Counted from the stretch's first letter, positions 45,101-54,654 are shown. The stretch: DNA of 64,000 nt from Bacillota bacterium (GCA_022360955.1 JAKSBV010000309.1:6053-70052), one strand, 5' to 3'. A program made the numbers and translations. The notes: generated by a model not told the origin, from the letters alone.

Positions 45101-45172
45101 GACGCAGGGAGAATATGAGTGTTTCTCCTATACGCTGAAATCAACTCTTTGCTCTCAGCCCTCAACGCTCAA
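45101..45172 (+). repeat. possible F-element remnant
   Basis: contains CTCTCAGCCCTCAAC (45152-45166), identical to the arm2/beta junction of the copies at 22322 and 46651; the rest is diverged. Confidence 0.3.
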
Positions 45173-45298
45173 CAATGACTTCAACTGTAAAGTATAACCT
45201 ATTACATTTATACTACTTACTTCAGGATAATATGATAAAAATTTTGGACAACGGTTAAAGAAAAACCGAAGCTCATTGCGCATTCGGTTTTTTTTGCA

Positions 45299-45652
45299 TT
45301 ATTCTGCCACTGTTTCTTTCGATCTTTTTAAAGGTTCCACATTGATCTTTTTTTCTTTAGCCTTTTTTAATAAATACTGATATCTTGTTTGCGCAGCCTT
45401 CATCTGGTAAATATAAAAATCTATTAGCTCCTGTTCCTGCACAAATTCAAAGTTTCTATTGGCTATTTCCAGTTCTTTTTGCGCCTGAAGAAGATTATCA
45501 AGGATTTCTTTTGCTTCTCCGTCGTCCTCATCCATCTCCATTTTTATGGGTGTTTTTTGCTGAAGGAAAAAATTATGTAAAAAAGGCAGCTTAGGATTTT
45601 TATTTTTTTTAGGTTCTACATTATACATCTTTAGTGCAGCAGATTTATTCAT
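45299..45652 (-). CDS. yaaL: DUF2508 (YaaL-like) protein
   Basis: LQAQKELEIANRNFEFVQEQELIDFYIYQMKAAQTRYQYLLKKAK; synteny; start at ATG 45652 behind GGAGGG. Confidence 0.7.
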   Translation of the reverse strand: MNKSAALKMYNVEPKKNKNPKLPFLHNFFLQQKTPIKMEMDEDDGEAKEILDNLLQAQKELEIANRNFEFVQEQELIDFYIYQMKAAQTRYQYLLKKAKEKKINVEPLKRSKETVAE

Positions 45653-45881
45653 GGTGTCCCTCCAATTAGTTTTATTTTCATTTGCTATGGACTGCATTAC
45701 ATATGCATATCTGTCACATCATTTGTAATTATATCCAATTTTGATGTTTTTATTACCATACGAACTATAAAAGTTACAATTGATGTTTATATTACATTAT
45801 ATGTGGAGAAGCTAAATATATACCTTCGCTCATTTATCAAAATGACAAAACAAGGAACACTTTATCTGCTTTTGAATATAC

Positions 45882-46022
45882 TAGAGATAACCAACTTTAA
45901 ATCTAAAAACATATTTACATAAGGCGTTTTAAAAATGCATTATTCATATCCAATACTAATAACATCGGAAGGGTATTGAACCTTTTCGATTTATGAATTC
46001 GATTTTAAAGTTGGTATCTATA
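45882..46022. mobile_element. MITE-A repeat, long variant
   Basis: TAGAGATAACCAACTTTAAATC ... GATTTTAAAGTTGGTATCTATA with extra internal sequence. Confidence 0.75.
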
Positions 46023-46129
46023 GTTTAGAGAACTGGCGAATATAGAATTGCTTTTTCCAAATAATTGTGTTTAAGCATCTATTGTGCCATTTTCATTTTT
46101 ATGAAAACAGGGTTGCAGGAGGGATAAAA

Positions 46130-46318
46130 TTGTATTTTGAAACGATTACCTACGAAAGAAACGAACGTTTTTGTCCGGTATTGCAAAAAAATGTGCTCAT
46201 GGATGTCAATGAAAAACATTGCGCCGGACATACCACCGTCGATGTGAAATGCTGCAATGAAAGTCAATGTTCAAAACAATTTGGCAAATGTACGAATACA
46301 GTCATACAAGGCATGTAA
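46130..46318 (+). CDS. hypothetical small cysteine-rich protein
   Basis: 62 codons from TTG 46130, 6 nt after AGGAGGG; 7 Cys; no family recognised. Confidence 0.4.
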   Translation: MYFETITYERNERFCPVLQKNVLMDVNEKHCAGHTTVDVKCCNESQCSKQFGKCTNTVIQGM

Positions 46319-46438
46319 TGTCCACAGGCCTGTATAAAAAGTTTAGTTGATGTAATATGATTCCGGCAAAAATCATGAACGTTAAGTCCGGCATCCAACA
46401 ACCGATAAAGTATGCTCTTCATTCGGCAGTATAAAAAT

Positions 46439-46490
46439 GACGCCAATCGTCACTTAAAACGGCTGGCGTCTTGATCTTTTTGCTTTTTTC
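46439..46490 (+). terminator. possible terminator of the small plus-strand ORF
   Basis: GACGCCA ... TGGCGTC (7-bp stem, 18-nt loop) followed by TTGATCTTTTTGCTTTTTT. Confidence 0.35.
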
Positions 46491-46492
46491 AC

Positions 46493-46728
46493 GGGTGTAT
46501 TCAGTGTAGGTGAAGAAATTTATGGAAATGACCTTATATACCGGAGGTCGGAGATCAGAGGGCGGAAGTCGGAATATAACCAAACAGGGACGCAAAGTAA
46601 TCATAGACAAGCGTATCGTAAATGGTGGGTGGTCCATTCTCACCTCTCATCTCTCAGCCCTCAACTATTTTTTAGCCTTGGAATATCAGTTATTGGAATA
46701 ATTTTCTTCACTTCAAATTTATGTGCCC
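46493..46728 (+). mobile_element. F-element, complete copy with 9-bp target-site duplication
   Basis: alpha end GGGTGTATTCAGTGTAGGTGAAGAAATTTATGGAA, beta end (reverse complement) GGGCACATAAATTTGAAGTGAAGAAAATTATTCCAA; flanked by TTTTTTCAC at 46484-46492 and 46729-46737. Confidence 0.85.
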
Positions 46729-46873
46729 TTTTTTCACTATCTGCTTGACAGGGAGCACTTTATGAGGCTTTACCCATGGTGACCATGATTTCCGATAAGA
46801 CTTTATTTACATTTAATAATACTTTATTTTTTACGACAGAAGTTTTTTGGTACTGTACAACCGCGCACCGAGC

Positions 46874-47473
46874 TTAAATCTCTCTCCGCCCTTCTATCGC
46901 TTTCGTAAGGGTTACTTCATCGGTATATTCCAAGTCCCCTCCGATCGGAATGCCGTGAGCAATTCTGGTAACTTTAATACCCAGAGGCTTTAAAAGCTTG
47001 GAGATATACATAGCCGTTGCTTCCCCTTCTATATTAGGGTCTGTTGCCATAATGACCTCCTGGATTTCATTATTTTTGACTCTATCCAAAAGCTCTTTAA
47101 TCTTGATGTCTTCCGGCCCTATACCACTCATAGGCGATATGGCACCGTGCAGCACGTGATACAAACCATGATACTCTCTTGTCTTTTCCATTGCGATTAC
47201 ATCTCTGGGATTTTCAACAACACTGAGAAGACTGCCGTCTCTTTTACTATTACTGCATATTCTGCACGGATTGATATCGGTAAGATTTTGACAGCACGTG
47301 CAATAGCTTATGTTCTTTTTGGCACTATCAATCGCTTTAATCATATTATCTACTGCAGCCGCAGGCATATCAAGTACGTAAAATGCAAGACGCTGGGCGG
47401 TTTTATGCCCTATCCCCGGCATTTTCTCAAATTCTTCTATCAGTCGTGCTACCGGTGCAACGTAATAACTCAT
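46874..47473 (-). CDS. recR: recombination protein RecR
   Basis: [18 protein letters not shown]4 zinc finger [12 protein letters not shown], Toprim domain. Confidence 0.97.
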   Translation of the reverse strand: MSYYVAPVARLIEEFEKMPGIGHKTAQRLAFYVLDMPAAAVDNMIKAIDSAKKNISYCTCCQNLTDINPCRICSNSKRDGSLLSVVENPRDVIAMEKTREYHGLYHVLHGAISPMSGIGPEDIKIKELLDRVKNNEIQEVIMATDPNIEGEATAMYISKLLKPLGIKVTRIAHGIPIGGDLEYTDEVTLTKAIEGRREI

Positions 47474-47630
47474 CCTATCACCCTATTTTCTAATTTGAAT
47501 TGATAAAGTATCTTTCATAAAAGCCGAGGAAGGCTACCCTCGGCTTTTATCATTACTATACGTACTTTTAGCTCAGCTTTATACATTTACAAGCCTGTTG
47601 AGCATTACCTTCTTTATTCATTTTTCTTCC

Positions 47631-47660
47631 CTAATTCTTCATTCTTAATTCTTCATTAAT
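47631..47660 (-). repeat. GAAGAAT/GAATTAA-type purine word array immediately 3' of ybaB
   Basis: minus strand ATTAATGAAGAATTAAGAATGAAGAATTAG directly after TAG at 47661-47663. Confidence 0.6.
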
Positions 47661-48008
47661 CTAAAACATTCCCGGCAGATTCATACCACCTGTGATTTTT
47701 CCCATCTCTGAAGACATCATTTCTTCCGCTTTTCTAATTGCTTCATTTACAGCCGCCATCACCAAATCCTGTAACATTTCTACGTCATCGGGATCTACAA
47801 CTTCAGGATCTATCTTAATCTCCTGAATCTCTTTCTTTCCTGTGGCAATCACCGTAATAGCGCCTCCGCCCGCAGAAGCTTCTACTGTCTTTTCTTCCAG
47901 CTCTTCTTGGAGTTTAGCCATATCTTGCTGCATCTTTTGTGCCTGCTTTAACATTTTGTTCATATTTCCCATTCCACCCATGCCTGGGAATCCACCGCGT
48001 TTTGCCAT
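47661..48008 (-). CDS. ybaB: YbaB/EbfC family nucleoid-associated protein
   Basis: [27 protein letters not shown]...; start at ATG 48008, 7 nt after GGGAGG. Confidence 0.95.
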   Translation of the reverse strand: MAKRGGFPGMGGMGNMNKMLKQAQKMQQDMAKLQEELEEKTVEASAGGGAITVIATGKKEIQEIKIDPEVVDPDDVEMLQDLVMAAVNEAIRKAEEMMSSEMGKITGGMNLPGMF

Positions 48009-48026
48009 TGTCAAACCTCCCTGATA

Positions 48027-48058
48027 TTAGTGGGGAGTAGGGAGTGGGGAGTGGGGAG
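48027..48058 (+). repeat. GGGGAGT-type word array (four G-runs) upstream of ybaB
   Basis: TTAGTGGGGAGTAGGGAGTGGGGAGTGGGGAG. Confidence 0.7.
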
Positions 48059-48168
48059 TTGTTGTGTCCCCCATAATACCCGGACTGCCTATCCCAAATC
48101 ATCTGAATCACTATTTTATACTATAATAACGTATATGCATAAATCTCTCAAGTATTAATTGCATGAAA

Positions 48169-48345
48169 GGATATATAAATTCCTGTTGAAGAAGATTATT
48201 TGACCAAATAATATTCCAAGGTCAAAAAATAGTTTAAGGCTGAGGGCTGAACATGAACGGCCCACCGCTCATACTTTACTCTTTATTCTACAATCACTCA
48301 TAACCTAATTCTTAATTATTCATTATTCATTATTAATTATTCTTT
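48169..48345 (-). mobile_element. F-element, diverged copy without alpha terminus, 3' of dnaX
   Basis: GGATATATAAATTCCTGTTGAAGAAGATTATTTGACCAAATAATATTCCAAGGTCAAAAAATAGTTTAAGGCTGAGGGCTGAAC aligns with the reverse complement of 46640-46728; ends in an AT-rich word array. Confidence 0.6.
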
Positions 48346-48358
48346 GCCCTTCCCCTCC

Positions 48359-49987
48359 CTACTCATCATATACCTCTATCCTATCTCCCCATTCATCTTT
48401 TCGGCGCAGGATTTGCTCCAATTTGTCTTCTTCCTCTGCTTCCTGCTGCTTTTCCCCTGCTTCTCTTGCCAATAAGCACTGTATCTTTACCGATGTACCC
48501 GATAATTTGGCTATAATTTCTTCTAACAATTGCGTATTATCACTTTTTGCAACCATCATTCTGTTGGTTGCAAAAGCATTTTTAAATATGATGCCGATCC
48601 CTTCATTGGCAGGCTCTACCCTTGTATCGGTTAAATAGCCGAACAAAACCAATTTTCCGCTTTTTTTTACTTCAGCGATTATTTCCGGCCATAGATGAAT
48701 CACTTTATTGACCTCTTCACTATTGGGAGGAACCACTTTCTTCTTAACGGACGCTTTTTGAGGAGAGACCGAAGGCGTTTGTTTTTTGGCAGGCTCCCGT
48801 TTTGCCGGAACGGGTTCCGTTTTAATGGCTATGGTTCCTGTCATAAGCTTATGTTCAAGCTCGGCGATTCTATCCATAAGTGCTTCCGGTGATGTATCCA
48901 GTCTGGCTTTAGATAATTTGAGCAACGCCATTTCAAGTATAATCCGCGGATTTGCCGCCCATTTCGCCGTAGCTTGTGCCTCTGACAATACGTTAATACA
49001 ATATATCATTTTCTCCTGACTAAAGTGCGTTCCATGTTCTTTTAATCGCGCGATGCCCTCCGGGGCCATATCCAAAACATTTTCAGGTTTGTCTAAGGTT
49101 TTACACATCAGCAAATTTCTGAAATGCCGAATGAAATCATCAATAAAATGATGGACATCTCGCCCTTCCATGATAAGCTGCTCAATAAGCTCCATCAGCT
49201 TATTGGCGTTGTCCTCTATAATCCCCTGAGACATCTGAAAAAGAAACGTATGATCCACAACACCCAAAATAGAGGCTACGTCTTCATATTGAATAAGTTC
49301 TCCGGTGAAAGCCATACACTGGTCCAGAATACTTAAAGCATCTCGCAGAGAACCGTCGGAGGCACCGGCTACCAGTCTTAATGCCCGGTCATCAATACGA
49401 ATACCGTCATCGGTTATTATTTTCTTGATCCTGCCTATCATATCATCTGTTGAAATACGTTTAAAATCGAATCTCTGGCAGCGAGACAGGATGGTTGCAG
49501 GAATTTTGTGCGGCTCTGTGGTAGCTAACACAAACAATACATGGGAAGGCGGTTCTTCCAATGTTTTTAACAGCGCATTAAAGGCTCCTGTAGATAGCAT
49601 ATGGACTTCGTCAACAATATATACTTTGTATTTTCCTTTTGCAGGCGAATAGGCTACTTCATCTCTAATCTCCCGTATGTTGTCAACCCCATTGTTGGAA
49701 GCGGCGTCTATTTCTACTACATCCATAATACTGCCATTCATAATGCCTTTGCAAATGTCACAGACATTGCAGGGATTACCTTCTTGATTGTTCATACAGT
49801 TTACGGCCCTGCTGAATATTTTTGCCGTTGAAGTCTTTCCCGTTCCTCTCGTGCCGCAAAAAAGATAAGCATGTCCTATTCGCTGTGAATGAATTTGGTT
49901 TTTGACGGTTTGGGTAATATGGTTTTGACCCACCACATCCTCAAAAACCTGCGGCCTCCATTTTCTATATAAAGCTGTATACGCCAT
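48359..49987 (-). CDS. dnaX: DNA polymerase III subunits gamma/tau
   Basis: LYRKWRPQVFEDVVGQ, GTRGTGKTS Walker A, zinc module, VYIVDEVHMLS. Confidence 0.97.
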   Translation of the reverse strand: MAYTALYRKWRPQVFEDVVGQNHITQTVKNQIHSQRIGHAYLFCGTRGTGKTSTAKIFSRAVNCMNNQEGNPCNVCDICKGIMNGSIMDVVEIDAASNNGVDNIREIRDEVAYSPAKGKYKVYIVDEVHMLSTGAFNALLKTLEEPPSHVLFVLATTEPHKIPATILSRCQRFDFKRISTDDMIGRIKKIITDDGIRIDDRALRLVAGASDGSLRDALSILDQCMAFTGELIQYEDVASILGVVDHTFLFQMSQGIIEDNANKLMELIEQLIMEGRDVHHFIDDFIRHFRNLLMCKTLDKPENVLDMAPEGIARLKEHGTHFSQEKMIYCINVLSEAQATAKWAANPRIILEMALLKLSKARLDTSPEALMDRIAELEHKLMTGTIAIKTEPVPAKREPAKKQTPSVSPQKASVKKKVVPPNSEEVNKVIHLWPEIIAEVKKSGKLVLFGYLTDTRVEPANEGIGIIFKNAFATNRMMVAKSDNTQLLEEIIAKLSGTSVKIQCLLAREAGEKQQEAEEEDKLEQILRRKDEWGDRIEVYDE

Positions 49988-50054
49988 GATTACACCTTCT
50001 TTAGTATTAATATTATAATCATATCATAATTCTTTAAATTGAAAAAGATACATA

Positions 50055-50074
50055 GGTGTATAAATTTTAGTTGA
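50055..50074 (-). repeat. F-element beta-terminus remnant
   Basis: GGTGTATAAATTTTAGTTGA matches the first 20 nt of the beta repeat; 10 bp from the XRE gene stop. Confidence 0.45.
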
Positions 50075-50083
50075 TATCCTCTG

Positions 50084-50413
50084 CTATTGTGAGTCCAAAT
50101 GCCCGAACATAACTTTGATGACATCAATCGCCATCTTCTTTTCTTTGTCAGTCCTATTGCCCATAAGCTGCAACCATTGATTGATCACTATGTCATCTCT
50201 AGATTGGATAGTATCTTTCATTAGATAATCTATCGTTACGCCTAAAGCATCAACTATTTTAATAAGTGTCTTGACTGTTATATTTTTTTCTCCTCTTTCA
50301 ACACGTCCCATATACGCTACTGAAATTTCTGCATATTCCGCCAACCGCTCTTGCGTTAACCCTACCTTTAAACGTTCTTCGCGAATCCTTTTGCCTAATG
50401 CTATCGGCTCCAT
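50084..50413 (-). CDS. XRE family HTH transcriptional regulator
   Basis: LGKRIREERLKVGLTQERLAEYAEISVAYMGRVERGEKN. Confidence 0.85.
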   Translation of the reverse strand: MEPIALGKRIREERLKVGLTQERLAEYAEISVAYMGRVERGEKNITVKTLIKIVDALGVTIDYLMKDTIQSRDDIVINQWLQLMGNRTDKEKKMAIDVIKVMFGHLDSQ

Positions 50414-50572
50414 ATAAAATCACTCCCTTATGGTTACTTTAACCATAAAAAGAAGAAAATTTAACGATCTATATGCCTTATTTTATATTGACTATAGGTC
50501 GTTTTGTGTGTTAAAATTTAATACATATCCAAATGATTAAGCGTATGAAAGTTTACTTGGCAGGCGTTACAA

Positions 50573-50676
50573 TAAAGATAACCAGCTTTAAACCTTAAAA
50601 TACTATTTATACAAACAACGGCGATTCTGCGTTTTTTGTGTAAATATAAATTAGATTGTAAAGTTGGGTATCTATA
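50573..50676. mobile_element. MITE-A repeat, full copy
   Basis: TAAAGATAACCAGCTTTAAACC ... GATTGTAAAGTTGGGTATCTATA; 29 bp upstream of the start at 50706. Confidence 0.8.
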
Positions 50677-50705
50677 GGAGAAAACAAGCAAAAGGAGGGA
50701 CTTTC

Positions 50706-51233
50706 ATGTTTTGTCGAAACTGCGGTTCAAGCATTGATCATTATTCAAAATGCTGTGTGCATTGCGGCACACCACTTCTAAACAATCCGAAATATTGTCC
50801 CGTATGCGGCAGCAAAATGACTAAAATCGAGGGATTTGATACCGGAAGCAAGCAAAATGCAACTCCTTGCCTTCATAACGGTAATCGGCCGCGCACCATA
50901 TATCAAGTACTTACTGATAAGGACAATATAAATACCGACTTTTCTCCGCTCCCAAAATACTATCAGGAAGAGTTTTTCAAAATTTTAAAGTCAAATGAGA
51001 CTTACAAAGGAAAGTTGAATTGGGCCGCTTTTTTCTTCGGTATATTTTGGGCTCTCTCTAAAGGCCTATGGTGTACTGCCGTTATCGGTGTGATTTTATC
51101 ACTGCTTACCTATGGCATCGCCGGAATCATATATGGGTTTGTTTTAGGCTTTCGGGGCAATTACATATACTATAATGCATATGTGAAAATGAAACACGCT
51201 AAAACGCATGTGAACAAGCAGCCATGGTTCTAG
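50706..51233 (+). CDS. zinc-ribbon plus DUF2628-like membrane protein
   Basis: CRNCGS..CVHCG and CPVCGS ribbons, then WAAFFFGIFWALSKGLW TM region; start at ATG 50706 behind AGGAGGG. Confidence 0.55.
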   Translation: MFCRNCGSSIDHYSKCCVHCGTPLLNNPKYCPVCGSKMTKIEGFDTGSKQNATPCLHNGNRPRTIYQVLTDKDNINTDFSPLPKYYQEEFFKILKSNETYKGKLNWAAFFFGIFWALSKGLWCTAVIGVILSLLTYGIAGIIYGFVLGFRGNYIYYNAYVKMKHAKTHVNKQPWF

Positions 51234-51443
51234 GTTTTTTGTTCCCATATCAATTTGATTTTAAAGTTCGGCATTCATATCTGACTGCCTCACATACACG
51301 TGAATGGATACTAGACTTTCTATTAAATAGATTACTATCACCGGCTAAGCTTTCTATGCCCGTTAACAAAACAAAAACAGTGATAAGCCGGTGAAAAACA
51401 CGCTCCTCACACCCTACTCTCCACTGTCCGTTACAATATAAAA

Positions 51444-51716
51444 GGCCGTACACCCTTTCTCGAATTATCTTCATATGCGTTACTCCTGCAGTTAGCTCAG
51501 ACCAGGCACCCTCACGGCACACGAAGGGGTTCGCTTATCGCTGCTTCGTTCCCGACCTGACGAGGTTCACGAGTCTCCGTTGCGTAAGACCCAATCTTCA
51601 TCACCACTTACAAAAGCCGGACCATACAAAAAATAACCCTCAAAAGAGCATTCACCCTTGCTATAGCGGATTGCAAGTACAGGGCACCGCTACCTCCCCG
51701 GCTAGTACGACCAAAA
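51444..51716 (-). ncRNA. ffs: signal recognition particle RNA, long Bacillus-type (scRNA)
   Basis: minus strand GGTCGTACTAGCCGGGGAGGTAGCGGTGCCCTGTAC (Alu domain) and GTCAGGTCGGGAACGAAGCAGC (domain IV) closely parallel B. subtilis scRNA as remembered; T-run after the 3' end. Confidence 0.9.
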
Positions 51717-51878
51717 TTTATTTCATCATAAGATCTTGTCAACTATAGAATCACCATTAACCGTGAATTCTATACACTGCAAAATCATCGGATGAAATTT
51801 TACCAATATTATAAATTGTCACAAAGAACATTATAATATATATGCTGCAATAATTCAACTAGTATTTTTATGCAATTT

Positions 51879-52436
51879 CTATTCATCGTGACCCCAGCTC
51901 TCTTTCAACTGAAAATCGCTGCGATATAGTTCAAAATACTTGCAATGCATCTTAAAAATCTCAATATTTTTTTGATAGATCAAACCGATTTTCGTTAATA
52001 CATTAGCAGATTTGTGATTGCTTATTTTTGTAAGACCTATGATTTTATCAAGTTTTAATCGTTCAAATCCGTATATAAGCGTTGCATAAGCTGCTTCCGT
52101 GGCATATCCTTTCCCCCACGCCTCTTTGTCCAGCAGATATAGCACTTCCGTTTCACCCAAACTTTCTATCCTGTTCAGTCCGCAATTTCCCAGCATTTTA
52201 TTTCTTTCCTTATCCATAAGGGCCCATGTTCCGAATCCGTCTTCCTTCCACGATTCAATAATTTTATTTAGCCATTTTTGCGCTTCACTTCTTGTGTATC
52301 CCCTTCCTTTAGGGAGTTGCTCGCCCACTTCGTGCTGGCCTACAATTTCCGCAAAAGCATCAATATCCCTTTCACAAAACCTTTTCAATAGAAGTCTTTT
52401 TGTTTCGATTTCATTGTTTTTCAATTGCCTAAACAT
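51879..52436 (-). CDS. GNAT family N-acetyltransferase (RimJ/RimL-like)
   Basis: ETKRLLLKRF..., GNCGL...WGKGYATEA motifs. Confidence 0.9.
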   Translation of the reverse strand: MFRQLKNNEIETKRLLLKRFCERDIDAFAEIVGQHEVGEQLPKGRGYTRSEAQKWLNKIIESWKEDGFGTWALMDKERNKMLGNCGLNRIESLGETEVLYLLDKEAWGKGYATEAAYATLIYGFERLKLDKIIGLTKISNHKSANVLTKIGLIYQKNIEIFKMHCKYFELYRSDFQLKESWGHDE

Positions 52437-52600
52437 ACAATCCCCCTGCTTAAACGTATTCTATCATATTGCTTCATAATACTAATATATCATATGTTTT
52501 TACTTTATTATACAGTTTTATAAATTTTAGCATCTCATTTTTTATAACCCATCAAAGGCAATCCGATGTGTGCTTTCTGTCGGTCTAAATTTTTGACCCC

Positions 52601-52705
52601 ATATAGATACCCAACTTTAGAATTGAATTTATATTTACACAAAAAACATAGAATCATCGTTGTTTGTGCAAATAATATTTTAAGGTTTAAAGTTGGTTAT
52701 CTTTA
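52601..52705. mobile_element. MITE-A repeat, full copy
   Basis: ATATAGATACCCAACTTTAGAA ... GGTTTAAAGTTGGTTATCTTTA. Confidence 0.8.
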
Positions 52706-52734
52706 AAGAAAGCCTAGCGCTTTTAAGCACTAGG
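52702..52734 (-). terminator. terminator of asnB
   Basis: minus strand CCTAGTGC-ttaaaa-GCGCTAGG followed by CTTTCTTTAAA. Confidence 0.5.
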
Positions 52735-52742
52735 AATGCTTT

Positions 52743-54581
52743 CTACATCATCCTTACCTTATATGCCCGCAGCCATATATCCACCTGTACCAGATAAGCA
52801 AATATCTGAGCACTCGCCATCAATTGCCCGAACCAGGGTTTGCCGAAACCGGCACCATCAGTATCCAGCATCTCTTGCACCGCTTGAACATTGATCAGCT
52901 GCAGCAAGGGTGAATTTTTATCATTCAGCACTTCCTGCAATAATGCCTTAGTCCCCTGATAATAGTTTGGATTGTGCGTTTTGGGATAGGGACTCTTCTT
53001 ACGCCAAATAACATCATGAGGCAGTATACCTTCCAAGGCTGTGCGAAGCAGACCTTTTTCACGCCGGTTATAATATTTCATGTCCCACGGCACATTCCAC
53101 ATATATTCTACAATACGATGGTCGCAAAAGGGGACACGCACTTCCAGCCCGGCGGCCATGCTCATCCTATCTTTGCGGTCGAGAAGTGTGGTCATAAACC
53201 ATGTAAGGTTCAGATATATCATCTCTCTCATACGCGCTTCCTTCTTGCTTTCTCCCTGGAGCTTCGGCGTCTCTGCAACGGTATCCGAATACCTTTGATT
53301 CACATATGCCATAGCATCGCCCGGCGTCCATGTTGTTAACAATTCCGCTCGTTCTCGGGTTGCCCTTGACCACGGAAAGCCGGGAGTATTGAGCATTTCA
53401 TCCCTATAGTACCACGGATAACCCCCGAACACTTCGTCCGCACATTCGCCCGATAATGCAACGGTGGCATCCTTTTTGATTTCATGACAGAACAGATATA
53501 ATGAGGCATCCACATCGGCCATCCCGGGCAAATCCCTGGCCAGCACTGCCGTTTTCAATGCCTCCATCAACTGGGGCGTATCGATTCTTATATCGTGATG
53601 CTGCGTCCCTAAATAGTCAGCGACACGTTGTACCCAGGGTGCATCGCTGTTTGGCTGAAAGGCACTGGGTTTAAAATATCTATCATTATCCAGGTAATCG
53701 ATTGAGAACGTATGCAGCGGTCCTAACCCCTTTTCTTGATATACGTTCCTTGCAACAGCACTGATAGCACTGGAATCCAGCCCTCCGGATAAGCATGTGC
53801 AAACAGGTACATCGGCTACTAGCTGACGCTTGATCGCATCTTGTACCAATGTCCTTACCTGTTCCTTCGTACGCTCCATATTATCCCTATGCGTCCGGCT
53901 GTCCAGTGACCAATACTTTTGCACCTGCATGCCGCTGCGACGATAGGTGAGCCAATACCCGGGCCTCAATTCATATATCCCGTGAAACACACCGCATCCG
54001 GGGGTGCGCGCAGGTCCCATCAGAAATATTTCTGCCAGCCCCTCCCTATCAATAAGGGGCTCTACTTGAGGATGGGCCAGCAATGCCTTTAATTCGGAAC
54101 CAAAGATCAAAGCATCTCCTTGACGGGTATAAAAAAGGGGCTTCACCCCCATACGGTCACGGGCAAGAAACAGGCACTGCTCTGTCTCGTCCCAAATACC
54201 GAAGGCATAGATCCCGTTAAAGTATTCTACACATTTCGAACCCCATTCCATGTAGGATAGCAGCAGTACTTCCGTATCGGAATGGCCTTCAAAAGCATAC
54301 CCCTTAGCTTGCAATTGTTCTCTCAGCTCATCGGTATTATAAAGTTCTCCGTTATACGTCAGCACATAAGTATGATTGCCCCGTTTACGCACCATTGGCT
54401 GTTCTCCCCCTGCCGGGTCAATCACGATCAACCTTCTATGGACGAGCCCTGCGCAAGTAGAAACCCAAATACCCGATGCATCCGGGCCTCGATTTACTAA
54501 AGTGCTTCTCATCCCTTCCAAAACAGACTGCTGTTTCGATAAATCCCTCTGCCAATCAATCCATCCGGCAATACCACACAT
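52743..54581 (-). CDS. asnB: asparagine synthase (glutamine-hydrolysing)
   Basis: MCGIAGW N-terminal nucleophile, SGGLDSS PP-loop; 612 aa. Confidence 0.95.
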   Translation of the reverse strand: MCGIAGWIDWQRDLSKQQSVLEGMRSTLVNRGPDASGIWVSTCAGLVHRRLIVIDPAGGEQPMVRKRGNHTYVLTYNGELYNTDELREQLQAKGYAFEGHSDTEVLLLSYMEWGSKCVEYFNGIYAFGIWDETEQCLFLARDRMGVKPLFYTRQGDALIFGSELKALLAHPQVEPLIDREGLAEIFLMGPARTPGCGVFHGIYELRPGYWLTYRRSGMQVQKYWSLDSRTHRDNMERTKEQVRTLVQDAIKRQLVADVPVCTCLSGGLDSSAISAVARNVYQEKGLGPLHTFSIDYLDNDRYFKPSAFQPNSDAPWVQRVADYLGTQHHDIRIDTPQLMEALKTAVLARDLPGMADVDASLYLFCHEIKKDATVALSGECADEVFGGYPWYYRDEMLNTPGFPWSRATRERAELLTTWTPGDAMAYVNQRYSDTVAETPKLQGESKKEARMREMIYLNLTWFMTTLLDRKDRMSMAAGLEVRVPFCDHRIVEYMWNVPWDMKYYNRREKGLLRTALEGILPHDVIWRKKSPYPKTHNPNYYQGTKALLQEVLNDKNSPLLQLINVQAVQEMLDTDGAGFGKPWFGQLMASAQIFAYLVQVDIWLRAYKVRMM

Positions 54582-54601
54582 TATTTTTCACTCCTTTACA
54601 T

Positions 54602-54654
54602 CAAAAAATGACACCCCAAATAATCTACCGTCGGATTATTAAAAGGGCGTCATT
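54602..54654 (-). promoter_or_regulatory. leader terminator/attenuator hairpin just upstream of the asnB RBS
   Basis: minus strand AATGACGCCC-[AATAATC..GATTATT inner stem]-GGGGTGTCATT followed by TTTTTT, about 20 nt before AAAGGAG-ATG. Confidence 0.45.

Noticed and set aside
46419-46701. ORFs inside F-elements (46510-46701 plus, 46419-46643 minus) and a similar frame at about 22208-22380 sharing ...HLSALNYFLALEYQLL
   Set aside because: The shared peptide simply reflects nucleotide identity. The frame is broken by indels or stops in the copies at 375-457 and 48169-48345. There is no RBS. These are treated as non-coding repeat DNA.
48782-48787. A-run (AAAAAA on the coding strand) in dnaX as a programmed -1 frameshift site for the gamma subunit
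   Set aside because: In frame it reads GCC AAA AAA CAA. This does not fit the X XXY YYZ register of the E. coli A AAA AAG site, and no downstream stem-loop was evident.
51250-51522. 90-aa ORF on the minus strand
   Set aside because: It overlaps the SRP RNA gene (51444-51716) and repeat debris, and has no RBS. It is spurious.
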